Assembly: GCA_963755715.1 (NCBI GenBank)
Contig: CAVWLW010000059.1
Location: 160,001 to 224,000 of the forward strand
Direction: 5' to 3'
DNA length: 64,000 nucleotides
Source: an uncultured delta proteobacterium
GTDB lineage: Bacteria; Desulfobacterota; Binatia; UBA9968
How positions within the stretch are numbered: position 1 is the stretch's first letter; each line of letters opens with the position of its first letter. Shown in pieces: positions 29,400 through 39,411 of this stretch. The notes beneath the pieces are model-generated. The model had not been told where the DNA came from, searched no databases, and worked only from the letters and a program-made list of their open reading frames with translations. Position numbers and translations under genes: made by a program.

Positions 29400-30503
29400 A
29401 TGGCTGCCTCGAATCAGTTCGTACTCAACCCCTACTTGACCTGGCAAAAGGAACAGGGCATTCCGATTCACACCGGCTACTTTGTCGAAGACTTGCGCAC
29501 CGTGCCGGTCGGCTATTGGAAAGAGCGCAACGCCAACGGCGCGTTTATCAATCTATCGAACGCGGTGGTCAACGACGCCGTGGTCTTGGAAATCCCCCGC
29601 GGCGAAAAGACCACGCCACGCCGCCAGGTTTTCGACGAATCCGTAATGATCGTCGATGGCCAAGGCGCGACCTCCATGTGGTACAAGGACGGCAAGAAGA
29701 GGACTTTTGAGTGGCAGCAGGGCAGCGTCTTCGCGATCCCGCCCAATGTTTTTTACGAGCACTATGCCATGGGCACGCCGGCGCGCTTGGTATCCTGCAC
29801 GTCGGCGCCGCTTTACATGCAGCTCTTCAACAACAACGATTTTCTGTTCAACTGCGACTATAAATTCCTCGACCGCTTCGCCGAAGAGGAAAACTACTTC
29901 GCCGAAGCGCCGCAGGTGCTGGCCGGCTTCAACGGCGTCGAGACCAACTTCATCGCCGACGTGCGCCAGTGGTTCACGCGCGAAAACGTCTACGCGCTGG
30001 AAGAAAAAGGCGGCTTCAAACAAAGCCGCGACCGCGCCCAGGATGCTTACAGCATGCGCGTGCGCTTTGCGAAGACGATGATGTTTCTTCACCTCTCCGG
30101 TTGGTCCGTCGGCACTTACAAAAAAGCCCACCGCCACGGTCCCGGCTTCACCATCGTGATTCTCGACGGCGCCGGCTTCTCGTTCATGTGGGAGGTCGGC
30201 AAAGCACGCGAACGCATCGACTGGCATGCCTGGAGTATGTTCGTGCCGCCGGCCATGTGGTTTCACGAGCACTTCAATACCAGCGTCGAACCGGTGCGCT
30301 TCCTGGCATTTCACCCGCCGGGGATGCTCGCCTATCCCGGCTGGTCCGGCGAAGGCGAGCACTTTATCGGCAAGGGGCCGAACCAGATCGAGTACGACGA
30401 CGAAGATCCGGAAATTCGCGCGGCCTTCGAGGCCGAATTGGCAAAAAACGGTTTGAAGAGCAAGATGCGGCCGGAGCTTTACCAGAAGATTTCGGAGAGA
30501 TAG
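29400..30503 (+). CDS. Bicupin (gentisate-dioxygenase-like) protein
   Basis: FEWQQGSVFAIP, YKKAHRHGPG, WFHEHFN; GGAGG RBS. Confidence 0.8.
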   Translation: MAASNQFVLNPYLTWQKEQGIPIHTGYFVEDLRTVPVGYWKERNANGAFINLSNAVVNDAVVLEIPRGEKTTPRRQVFDESVMIVDGQGATSMWYKDGKKRTFEWQQGSVFAIPPNVFYEHYAMGTPARLVSCTSAPLYMQLFNNNDFLFNCDYKFLDRFAEEENYFAEAPQVLAGFNGVETNFIADVRQWFTRENVYALEEKGGFKQSRDRAQDAYSMRVRFAKTMMFLHLSGWSVGTYKKAHRHGPGFTIVILDGAGFSFMWEVGKARERIDWHAWSMFVPPAMWFHEHFNTSVEPVRFLAFHPPGMLAYPGWSGEGEHFIGKGPNQIEYDDEDPEIRAAFEAELAKNGLKSKMRPELYQKISER

Positions 30504-30508
30504 GAAAG

Positions 30509-30574
30509 TTCCAACGTTCAAACCGTTTTCGGAGGTTGGGCGGCAACGTTTTGAACGGCTTGAACGTTTTGAAC
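30509..30574. repeat. Inverted 9-bp repeat arrays (TTGAACG)
   Basis: TTCCAACGTTCAAACCGTT ... AACGTTTTGAACGGCTTGAACGTTTTGAAC; similar unit at 23555-23578. Confidence 0.6.
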
Positions 30575-30599
30575 AAATTTTAGCCGAAAGGATTTTAAG

Positions 30600-32009
30600 A
30601 TGTTGTACAACGATTTACGCAGCTGGATGTCTAAGGTCGAGGAGTTCGGCGAGCTGAAGACCGTCGAAGGCATCGACTGGAAATACGAGATGGGTGCGGT
30701 GACCGAAGTCTACGCGCGCAATCCGCCCTATTCGGCGATTCTCTTCGATAAAATCAAAGATTATCCGGCGGGCCACCGCGTGCTCGTCGGCGTGCATCAT
30801 CAGTCGCTCAAGCGCCAGTGCCTGACGACGCACTTGCCGTTGGATTATGACCGCTATCAGTTCATTCAAGCCTGGCGCAAACGTTTGAACAACCCCACGT
30901 ACATTCCACCGCGGGTCGTCGAGACCGGGCCGGTGCTGGAGAATGTTTACGAAGGCAAGGACATCGATCTGTATTCTTTGCCCGTGCCCCATTGGCACGA
31001 AGAAGACGGCGGACGCTACATCGGCACCGCTCATGTCGTCATCACGCGTGATATGGACGAAGGCTGGGTCAACCTCGGCTGCTATCGCGTTATGGTGCAC
31101 GACAAAGACACGCTGGCGCTCTATATCTCACCGGGCAAACAAGGCCGGATCATTCGTCAAAAATATTTTGACCAAGGCCGCCCTTGTCCGGTGGCGATCA
31201 GCTTCGGCGATGATCCGCTGCTGCTCACTGCGGCGGCGAATAGCCTGCCGTGGGGAAAATCGGAATACGACTACGCCGGCGGCATCCGCGGCCAAGCCGT
31301 CGATGTGATTCTCGGCAAACATACCGGCTTGCCGATTTCGGCCTATTCGGAAATCGCCATCGAAGGCGACTGCTTGCCCGATCAACAGCGGCGCGAAGGT
31401 CCCTACGGCGAGTGGACCGGCTACTACGCCAGCGGCGAGCGCACCGAACCGATCATCAAAGTGAAGCGCATGATGCACCGTAACAATCCGATCTTGACCG
31501 GCGCGCCGTCGTCGCGCCCTCCCGGCGGCTCCGATGACAATCTCGTGCGCTCCGCGTTCATTTGGGATCATATGGAAAAAGCCGGCGTGCCGGATGTCAA
31601 AGGGGTGGCTTGCTTTCAAGGCCGATTCTTCACGGCGGTGTCGATCAAGCAACGCTACCCCGGACATGCCAAACAGGCCGGCATGATCGCCGCCCAGTGC
31701 GGCGCCGGCGCGTATTTGGGCCGCTACATCGTCGTGGTCGATGACGACATCGATCCCTACGACATGAACGACGTGCTGTGGGCCATGTGCACGAGGTCGG
31801 ACCCGGCGAACGACACGGACTTTATCCGCCGCGCCTGGAGCGGCCCCCTCGACCCGGTGATACCGAAAGACAAAAAAGGCTTCAGCACCCGCGCCGTCAT
31901 CGACGCCACACGGCCCTACGAATGGATGAAAGATTTTCCGCTCGCCTCCGGTTCAAGCGCGGAGATGAAAGAACAGGTGGTGAAGAAGTACGGAAAGTTT
32001 TTTACGTAA
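30600..32009 (+). CDS. UbiD family (prenylated-FMN) decarboxylase
   Basis: EDGGRYIGT, NLGCYR, EGPYGEWTGYY, VVVDDDIDP, WAMCTRSDP. Confidence 0.93.
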   Translation: MLYNDLRSWMSKVEEFGELKTVEGIDWKYEMGAVTEVYARNPPYSAILFDKIKDYPAGHRVLVGVHHQSLKRQCLTTHLPLDYDRYQFIQAWRKRLNNPTYIPPRVVETGPVLENVYEGKDIDLYSLPVPHWHEEDGGRYIGTAHVVITRDMDEGWVNLGCYRVMVHDKDTLALYISPGKQGRIIRQKYFDQGRPCPVAISFGDDPLLLTAAANSLPWGKSEYDYAGGIRGQAVDVILGKHTGLPISAYSEIAIEGDCLPDQQRREGPYGEWTGYYASGERTEPIIKVKRMMHRNNPILTGAPSSRPPGGSDDNLVRSAFIWDHMEKAGVPDVKGVACFQGRFFTAVSIKQRYPGHAKQAGMIAAQCGAGAYLGRYIVVVDDDIDPYDMNDVLWAMCTRSDPANDTDFIRRAWSGPLDPVIPKDKKGFSTRAVIDATRPYEWMKDFPLASGSSAEMKEQVVKKYGKFFT

Positions 32010-32059
32010 CACCATAAACACTTTGGGAAGGATATTCAGCCGCTCGAAAAGCAACGCGC

Positions 32060-32127
32060 TGTCATCCCGAGCAAAGCGAGGGATCTCGCCCGAAGTCGAG
32101 ATTCTTCGGCTGCGCCTCAGAATGACA
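32060..32127. repeat. TGTCAT...ATGACA REP doublet
   Basis: TGTCATCCCGAGCAAAGCGAGGGATCTC...GAGATTCTTCGGCTGCGCCTCAGAATGACA. Confidence 0.7.
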
Positions 32128-32148
32128 TCCGAGCTGCGAGGAACCGTC

Positions 32149-33126
32149 ATGCAGAAAACCAGGTTGATTTTTCTCAGCACGATGATGGCTATGCTGATTC
32201 TGGGATCGAATCCTACGAACGCCCAGCAACTCGTCCGCGTCGGCTACAGTGGCACTGGCGTCGCAAAGAATCTCCACAAAACCATCGACCGCGCCGGCAT
32301 ATGGAAAAAGCGCGGGCTCGATGTCCGGCTCATCTACTTCACCAGCGGCGCCACCATGGCCCAAGCGATGGTCGGGGGCGATCTGGAAGTCGCCGACTCC
32401 GACGTTCCGGCAATGTTGAATGCGGTATCGGCAGGCGCGCTGGACGGCAAACTGATCAGCGTCTACATCAATCGATTTCCCTTCGCCTTCGTCGTGCGCA
32501 ATGAAATCAAAACGGCCGATGACTTAAAAGGTAAAAGGCTCGCCATCAGCCGCTTCGGCTCTTCGTCCGACGTGACGACACGGATGCTGCTCCGCCATTT
32601 CAAGCTCGATCCCGACAAAGACGTGAAGATAATCCAGGCCGCCGGCACGACCCGTCTTCCAGCCATGGTCGCTGGCCAGCTCGACGGCACGCTGCTCGGC
32701 ACCTACGATGTGCCGAGTCTTCTAGAATCCGGCTGCTGCCGTGTGCTCGTAGACATGCTGGAGATGCCGATCGACTACGCCCGCTTCGGCCAAGTCGTGC
32801 CGACACAACTTCTAAAAACGAAGCGCGACCTATTGCTAAAATTTGCCGAGGGTTTGATCGAAGGCGTCTACGTTTTCAAAACCAACAAGGAGTTGGCCCT
32901 GGCCGTTCTCAAAGCCGAAGGCATCAAAGGCTCGGAGTATAGCTACCCCCGCGTCGCCGCTGCCATGCGCGAACGCCCCATTCCCGAACCCAAAGGAGTC
33001 CAAGCCGTCATGGATTCCGTCAAAACCGCCAAGTCGAAAGTGGTGTTGGCCAAAGACGTCATGGACGGAAGCTTGATCGAAGAGATTGATAGGAGCGGAT
33101 ACATCGCGAAACTATATGGGAAGTAG
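32149..33126 (+). CDS. NMT1/SsuA-like solute-binding protein, paralog of 28367 (SGCC motif)
   Basis: GYSG.GVA, IYF.SGA, GTYD, SGCC and YARFG are shared with the 28367 protein. Confidence 0.88.
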   Translation: MQKTRLIFLSTMMAMLILGSNPTNAQQLVRVGYSGTGVAKNLHKTIDRAGIWKKRGLDVRLIYFTSGATMAQAMVGGDLEVADSDVPAMLNAVSAGALDGKLISVYINRFPFAFVVRNEIKTADDLKGKRLAISRFGSSSDVTTRMLLRHFKLDPDKDVKIIQAAGTTRLPAMVAGQLDGTLLGTYDVPSLLESGCCRVLVDMLEMPIDYARFGQVVPTQLLKTKRDLLLKFAEGLIEGVYVFKTNKELALAVLKAEGIKGSEYSYPRVAAAMRERPIPEPKGVQAVMDSVKTAKSKVVLAKDVMDGSLIEEIDRSGYIAKLYGK

Positions 33127-33211
33127 TCGTGCACTGACTTTCCAACCGAGAAAACAGCCGCATACATGGCTTGTCGGAGTCTCGCCGCCGACTCCCAGCC
33201 CGGAGCGCAAG

Positions 33212-33715
33212 ATGTTAATCCGCGCCGAAGAAGAGCGGGACTGGCCTTCGGTCTATGGTCTGAATGCAGCGGTCTTCGAAACACCGGCCGAAGCGGATCT
33301 CGTCGACGCGTTACGCCGAGAGACAAAGCCGATAATTTCCCTCGTCGCCGATGACGCCGGTGCGATTGACGGCCACATCATGTTTTCGCCGGTGTCATTG
33401 ATCGGACATCCCGGTCTCAAGATCATGGGCCTTGCGCCGATGGCCGTCGCTGCCAAGCGGCAGCGTAGCGGCATTGGCTCTTCGCTGGTCCGTGCCGGCC
33501 TTGAAGCGTGCAAAGAAATCGGCGCCGGCGCCGTTGTCGTCTTAGGCCATTCCGACTACTACCCTCGCTTCGGATTCACGGCTGCCGTGAATTTCGCTAT
33601 TGGCTGCGGATACGACGTGCCGGCAGAAGCGTTCATGGCGGTGGAGTTACGACCCGGCCATCTTCGCGACGTGTCGGGCACGGTCAAGTATCTCGCTGCT
33701 TTCGATAACTTGTGA
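33212..33715 (+). CDS. GNAT acetyltransferase (YhbS-like)
   Basis: GHIMFSP, LAPMAV, QRSGIG, VLGHSDYYPRFGF. Confidence 0.9.
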   Translation: MLIRAEEERDWPSVYGLNAAVFETPAEADLVDALRRETKPIISLVADDAGAIDGHIMFSPVSLIGHPGLKIMGLAPMAVAAKRQRSGIGSSLVRAGLEACKEIGAGAVVVLGHSDYYPRFGFTAAVNFAIGCGYDVPAEAFMAVELRPGHLRDVSGTVKYLAAFDNL

Positions 33716-33856
33716 TGTTCGACGCGGCGATTCCATTGCCCCTTTGGAGAAGAAAAGCCCAGCTGAATCGCGGTCCCGAGTTTCTTTTTTTGTCGTTGAA
33801 GTTCGGTTACACTGGGCGAAGTAACTGATCGAGCATTTCAAGATGCGAGGTGCATC

Positions 33857-34096
33857 ATGTCAGAATCGGTGAATCTGTTGATGTTGGAGTTTCTTTCCTG
33901 GGTCTCCAGCCGGCGCCGAACATACAACGAAGCCATGGAAGCGTGGCAGAGCCATTGCCCGAGACAGACCATCTGGGAGGACGCGATGATCGACGGCTAT
34001 ATTGAACTCAACCGTCAGGGCACGGTTTCCGATCCCGAGGTGACTCTTACGCCCCTTGGCCGAGCCCATCTCAATGGCAACAACGGTCACTCCTGA
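33857..34096 (+). CDS. Small hypothetical protein
   Basis: GAGGTG RBS; RTYNEAMEAWQSHCPRQTIWEDA, C-terminal LTPLG. Confidence 0.7.
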   Translation: MSESVNLLMLEFLSWVSSRRRTYNEAMEAWQSHCPRQTIWEDAMIDGYIELNRQGTVSDPEVTLTPLGRAHLNGNNGHS

Positions 34097-34197
34097 GACG
34101 CTGCGCTAGGCGCTGAAATTAACTAAACTCGACCTTCAACGAACTACCTCGCGTTTAAAATCCCTCTAAACAAACTGCGCCGGGCCGCTGAAAATCG

Positions 34198-35088
34198 ATG
34201 TCGACATCAACTTTGCTCTTTGGCGCGACATCGATCCTTGGCTTCAATATTGCCAGGCTGTTTCCTGAAACTGTATTGCCGTTCGCATCGCCTGGGAATC
34301 GCGCAACCTCGGTTCGGCAATGGCCCGCTCTAAAGCTCGCAGATCCTCTTTGGACCAGTACGCTTTTCAAAAGCTACCAACCCGACATCCTGCTCTACTG
34401 TCACGCTGTCTGCGACGTGCCGAAGTGCGAAGCGGCTCCGGATTGGGCCCGCGAGATCAATGTTGAACATGTGCGGCGGGTTCTTGCCGCATTGTCTCCG
34501 CGCACAAGGCTGGTTTACGTTTCCTCCGATCATGTCTTCGGCGGCGACGGCGTGTACGACGAAGCATCGTCACCCTGTCCCATCAGTATATACGGCCGAA
34601 CTCGCCTCGACGCGGAAGAACTGGTTTTAGCCCGATCCGATTCGCTGGTGATCCGCATCGGCCTGCCGATCGGCCCGTCCCCGAACGGACGCACCGGCCA
34701 CTGGGATTGGCTCCGTTATCGCATCCAGCACAATCTCCCGGTCACCATCGTCCATGATGAATATCGTTCGGTGGTTTGGGCAAACGATTTGGCAAGGCGC
34801 GTTATGCAACTGGCGGAAAGCACAGAGACAGGACTACGCCATGTGACGGCCACACGCGCAGCGTCGCGGGTGGAGCTGGCGAATTATTTGCTTTCTATAA
34901 TGGGGGAGACCACCGAGTATGCGCGCGAAAGCCGGCACCAGCGCGTCGCGCCGCATCTTGGCCGGGTAGAGTTGGCGACCACCTATCGCGGCGAATTATC
35001 CAGGCCACTACCAGGCGTGCTCGATGCAACGAGCGGTGCTGGCAGCTCGGGTTGGATCGACGACTGTCGAGAATCAGCTACTCAATAG
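34198..35088 (+). CDS. Extended SDR, dTDP-4-dehydrorhamnose reductase (RmlD)-like
   Basis: GATSILG, VYVSSDHVFGG, PISIYGRTR. Confidence 0.8.
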   Translation: MSTSTLLFGATSILGFNIARLFPETVLPFASPGNRATSVRQWPALKLADPLWTSTLFKSYQPDILLYCHAVCDVPKCEAAPDWAREINVEHVRRVLAALSPRTRLVYVSSDHVFGGDGVYDEASSPCPISIYGRTRLDAEELVLARSDSLVIRIGLPIGPSPNGRTGHWDWLRYRIQHNLPVTIVHDEYRSVVWANDLARRVMQLAESTETGLRHVTATRAASRVELANYLLSIMGETTEYARESRHQRVAPHLGRVELATTYRGELSRPLPGVLDATSGAGSSGWIDDCRESATQ

Positions 35089-35161
35089 ATAGAAGATGGT
35101 GAAACGACAAACCTTAAAGCCTTCAGTTTCTTTCAACCGAAACCTGCCTAATTAAGCGCGC

Positions 35162-36209
35162 CTAGCGCGGCGGCAGCGGGCCACCATCGGCGAGTTTTTT
35201 ATAAAGCGCGATGACTTCGGCATCGCGCGGTAGCTCGCGCACGGCCTTTTCCACTTCCTCACCGGTGAGCGGCGACGGCTCGCGGCCCATGAGCTTTTTA
35301 AAGTCCTGTTGAAAGCCGGGATCTTTAAAAGTCTTCGCCATCGCCTCGCGCAGTATCTTGACCAACTCGGGCGGTGTGCCCGGCGCCAGATGATGCGGCC
35401 AGCGCGGTACCTGGAAGGCGCGTAGCAGGTCGACGATTTTTCGCTCTTTATCGTTTTTGGCAAAGCTATCGATGTCGGGCAAAGCCGGTAGACGTGCATC
35501 AAATCTGCCCTTCGGATTGGAAATAGTCGCGTGAAACTGCACCTGATCGCCGAGATCCTTGAACACGCTATCGATGTTACCGCTGGTGCGCGCGTCGAGC
35601 TCGCCGTTATTGAACGCGACATCCATTTCCGGATCGTTGAAACCAACGATAAACCTGGGTTCCTTGAACTCGAGCATGAAAGCGAACATGCGCGCGGTCA
35701 CATAAACCGAATGACCGACAGAGTGAGCGCCAATGCGGATGCCCGACGCGCGCCTGACCTTATCCAAACTATCCAGGCCTGCCGCCTTGCGGGTGAAGAA
35801 AGCGTAGGGATTGCCGGTTTCGGTCGAGCCAATGTAAATAAATTTATCAATGTCATAATTGCTGCCGGGTAAGCCCAGGATTGGCCCGGGTATCATCGCG
35901 CCCGCTGAGCCGATCTTCAACCCGTCGGGTTTCGCGGTGTACATGTAATTGGCGCCCTTCCGGCCCGAGGCTCCGTCCATGAATTCCATGGTGATCGTCG
36001 GATTGCCCGGAATGTATTTTTTTAGATAAGGCATGAGCGCGCGCGACTGGAACTCGCCGGAGCCGCCCGGACCGCCGCCGCGCACGATGGTAATCGTCTT
36101 GCCAGCGTAGTAAAGCGTCTGGCCGAGACTAGCGCTGCGCCGCAGCGAATACCATGAAAAGCCCGCCGCAGAGCACCAAAACGAATCTTACTCTATGCCG
36201 ACTGCGCAT
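35162..36209 (-). CDS. Bug/TctC substrate-binding protein (frameshift at about 36135, in the signal region)
   Basis: YYAGKTITIVRGG, YIPGNP, KPDGL; ATG 36209 follows GAGGTG. Confidence 0.85.
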
Positions 36210-36503
36210 CGTTTCACCTCTCCAAACAAATCGGTCCCGTCCTTGAGCCACGACTGTTATGTCACACGCGTGAAATTTTCGTCAAGCCGGCGCCGGACGG
36301 TTTGCTAGCTGGCTCCGTGGAGGAATCCTTCGAGCGTAATCCAATCTTAATCAATAGACATAAGAGCACCGGAAAGCGAGGTATTTTCCGGGAATCGCAA
36401 GCTTAATCACCGCCAACTGCGTTAAAAATGCCGCGATCTCTCATCGGCGCCGCAATTTGGTGTCTTGGAATAAACCCACTGTGGGGCTAACATTGATTTA
36501 TCC

Positions 36504-38022
36504 ATGCAATCGGTCTACGTCGCCGGCGTCGGCATGACTAAATTCGGCAAGGATCCGCGCCCGCTGGCGGAGATTTTTTGCCAAGCGGCCAAGCTCGCGG
36601 TCGGCGCGGCCGAGCTCGACAAAATCGACGCCCTGTATATCGGCGTGTTGAATCCTGAAGAGTTTACCGGCGACAGTAACATCGCCTCTCTGATCGCTGA
36701 CGCGATCGGCTTAACCGGCATCCCTGCGCTGCGCATCGAAACCGCGTCTTCCGCCGGCGCCGCAGCGCTGATGGCCGGCTTTCAAGCAATCGCATCGGGC
36801 TATTATCGGCGCGTCTTGGTTCTGGGCGGCGAAAAGATGACTCATCTCACGACGAGCGCGGCCACCCGCATTCTCGCCGGCGTCATCGACAAACGCGAGC
36901 GCCAGTGCGGCGCGACGATGCCGGCACTGGCGGCGATGATGACGGAAAAGTACCGGCAAAAATCGCGCATCTCGGAGTCGCGGCTGAGCAACATGCTGTG
37001 CGGCGTGGCGCTGAAAAATCATGCCAACGGCGCGCATAATCCGCTGGCGCAGTTTCAGCGCGCGATCAAGCGCGAGGCCTACTTCGCCAGCAAATTTGTG
37101 GCGACGCCGCTGCGGCTCTACGACTGCGCGCCGATCACCGATGGCGCCGCCGGCGTCGTGCTCACCAGCGAAAAAACCGACGTGCTGCTTATCCGGAATT
37201 GGACAAGGGACCGGGACGCTGAGTCTGCAGGATCGAGAAGTTTTTACTTCCTTTCCCGCCACCAAGGTCGCCGCCGCGCGCGCTTATCGGATGGCGGACG
37301 TATCCGCGCAAAACATCGATTTCGCCGAGGTGCACGACGCTTTCACGCCCTTCGAGATCATCAGTACCGAGGATTTGGGATTTTTTCCGCCGGGGAAGGG
37401 CGGCGACGCGGTTCTCGACGGCAAAACTGCGCTCGCAGGGACGCTGCCGGTCAATCTCTCCGGCGGCTTGAAAGCGCGTGGTCACCCGGTCGGCGCCAGC
37501 GGCCTGGCGCAGGTGGTCGAGGTCGTCAAAACATTACGTGGCGAAACTTGGTCGAAACGCGAATTCAAACGCGGCCTGGCGCAAAGCACGGGCGGTCTCG
37601 GCACGAATAATTTCGTCACGATCTTGCAACGGACCGACGCCCCGGCGGTGCAAAATTTATGGCCGCTCGGCGGCTCGGAGAACGGCGCCAATCACAAAGC
37701 GGTTGCTGCGCCGCCGGTGCAGCAAGCCGACGAAGGCGTGATCGAAACTTTTACGATCCTTTACGTCACGCCGGACGGTTTTCTGCCGCCGCTCGCATTG
37801 GCGCTGATCCGAACACCGGAAGGGCGCCTGCTCATGGCCCAGGGCGAGGACGAAAGCCAATTGAAAATCGGCCAGGAAGTCTATCTCCGCCGGATCGATG
37901 GAGTTTGCCTGTTTACGGTCAAAGGCCAAATACAAAAAGTCCAAGACGCCTTCATGAAACTATTTCGGCGCAAGGCGGCGACGCCGGCGCCGAAAGACAA
38001 CCGGAAAGAAGCACCCAAGTGA
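36504..38022 (+). CDS. SCP-x-type thiolase-fold protein fused to a C-terminal DUF35 OB-fold (frameshift at about 37188)
   Basis: AGVGMTKFG, ETASSAG, PITDGAA, EVHDAF, GHPVGASG, followed by GVIETFTILYVTPDGF...LKIGQEV. Confidence 0.82.
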
Positions 38023-38711
38023 TCCTCGAACGCGGCCCCAGTCGTGCCGAAAAGCGTTTTAAGTCGCTCATCAAACTTATTTTCGAAGAACTCAAGGACG
38101 CGATCGTCGCCGGCAAGCTCGCGCCCGGCGAGCGGCTCTTCGAAGCCAAGCTGGCCGCTTCGCTGAAAGTCGGTCCGGTGCTGGTCCGCGAAGCCTTGCG
38201 CGCGCTCGAAAGCGAAGGCTATGTCACCTTTCGCCCCGATAACGAAGTCGTGGTGAGCAAACCCACCCGCGAAGAGATCGAAGACTACTATGCGATTTCC
38301 GGCGCGCTCGAAGGGTTGGCCGCGCGGCTCGCGGTCGAACGAGCCACAGCGGAAGAAATCGGCCATCTTAGAGAATTGCACAGGGCGCTCAAAGAAGCGT
38401 GCCAGAAACGCGACTTGGTCCATTATTTCGATGCCAATAACCGTTTTCATCGCTTCATTGCCGAGATCGCCCGTAACGAGCGGTTGTATCGGCTGGTCGA
38501 TCAATTGCGCCAGGATATTCAAAAGACGCGCATCCTCGCGCTTCGTTCGCCACAGCGTGTCGACTATTCGATGCGCGAGCACGATCAAATCCTCGACGCT
38601 TTTTTGAAAAATAACGCCGCGCTCGCCGAGAGCACCATGGTGCGTCACCTAAAAAACCAGATGGAAACCCTACAAAAAACGCTCGAAACGACAAAAGGAG
38701 AAAAGCGATGA
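38019..38711 (+). CDS. GntR family regulator (FCD domain)
   Basis: LAPGERL, VREALRALESEG, NNRFH, REHDQI; GTGA overlap. Confidence 0.9.
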   Translation: MILERGPSRAEKRFKSLIKLIFEELKDAIVAGKLAPGERLFEAKLAASLKVGPVLVREALRALESEGYVTFRPDNEVVVSKPTREEIEDYYAISGALEGLAARLAVERATAEEIGHLRELHRALKEACQKRDLVHYFDANNRFHRFIAEIARNERLYRLVDQLRQDIQKTRILALRSPQRVDYSMREHDQILDAFLKNNAALAESTMVRHLKNQMETLQKTLETTKGEKR

Positions 38712-39166
38712 GCGATCGAGTGGAAACCAAGGCCCGCCCGCTGGGCATCAACCACGTCGTGCTTGAGGTCGGCGACCTGGACCAAGCGCTGGAGTTTTAC
38801 GGCGGCTTATTCGAGTTCAAGTTGCGCGGCAAAAGTGATCACAATATCTTCATCGATCTGGGCGATCAGTTTATCCAGCTCACCCTCGGCCGATCGCAAG
38901 CGCCCGACACCAAGCGCCATTTCGGTTTGGTCGTCGACGATCGTGAAGCGGTGCGCCAGGCGATGGAGCGGCGCGGCATAAAAAGCATCAACGACCGCAT
39001 GAACATTCTCGATCCCTGGGGCAACCGCATCGAGATCGTGCCCTACGACGATTGCCAATTCACCAAGGCGCCGCAGGTCCTTAAAGGCATGGGCGCGTCT
39101 CCCATCGCCAAAACCGCCAACGCCATCGAAGAGCTGAAAAAGAAGGGCATGGCACCGGCGGAATAG
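38708..39166 (+). CDS. VOC/glyoxalase family protein
   Basis: INHVVLEVGD, HFGLVVDD, DPWGNRIE. Confidence 0.88.
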   Translation: MSDRVETKARPLGINHVVLEVGDLDQALEFYGGLFEFKLRGKSDHNIFIDLGDQFIQLTLGRSQAPDTKRHFGLVVDDREAVRQAMERRGIKSINDRMNILDPWGNRIEIVPYDDCQFTKAPQVLKGMGASPIAKTANAIEELKKKGMAPAE

Positions 39167-39411
39167 TACGGACGTCGAAGAAATTTTTTCGCGGCATCTT
39201 TCAAGCCAATGCGCTGCGCGCTTCGCAGCACGATCATGCGCTGTCGCCTAAAATTCCCGCAGGCGATTTCACAAAGCTTCCCGTCTGTGGTTATACCGTT
39301 AGACGACTGAATAACGAGCATGACTCCAGGCTTTATCCGACTCTGTTTCTATTCCACCGCGCCAAGGACTTTTTCCCGCGAAATGAATTTTCTGCGCGAA
39401 GGCGCGCCGGC

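Noticed and set aside
37659-38018. N-terminal extension of the GntR regulator (350-aa ORF)
   Set aside because: It overlaps the thiolase-DUF35 coding frame. The GTG at 38019 overlapping the upstream stop gives a normal-length GntR.
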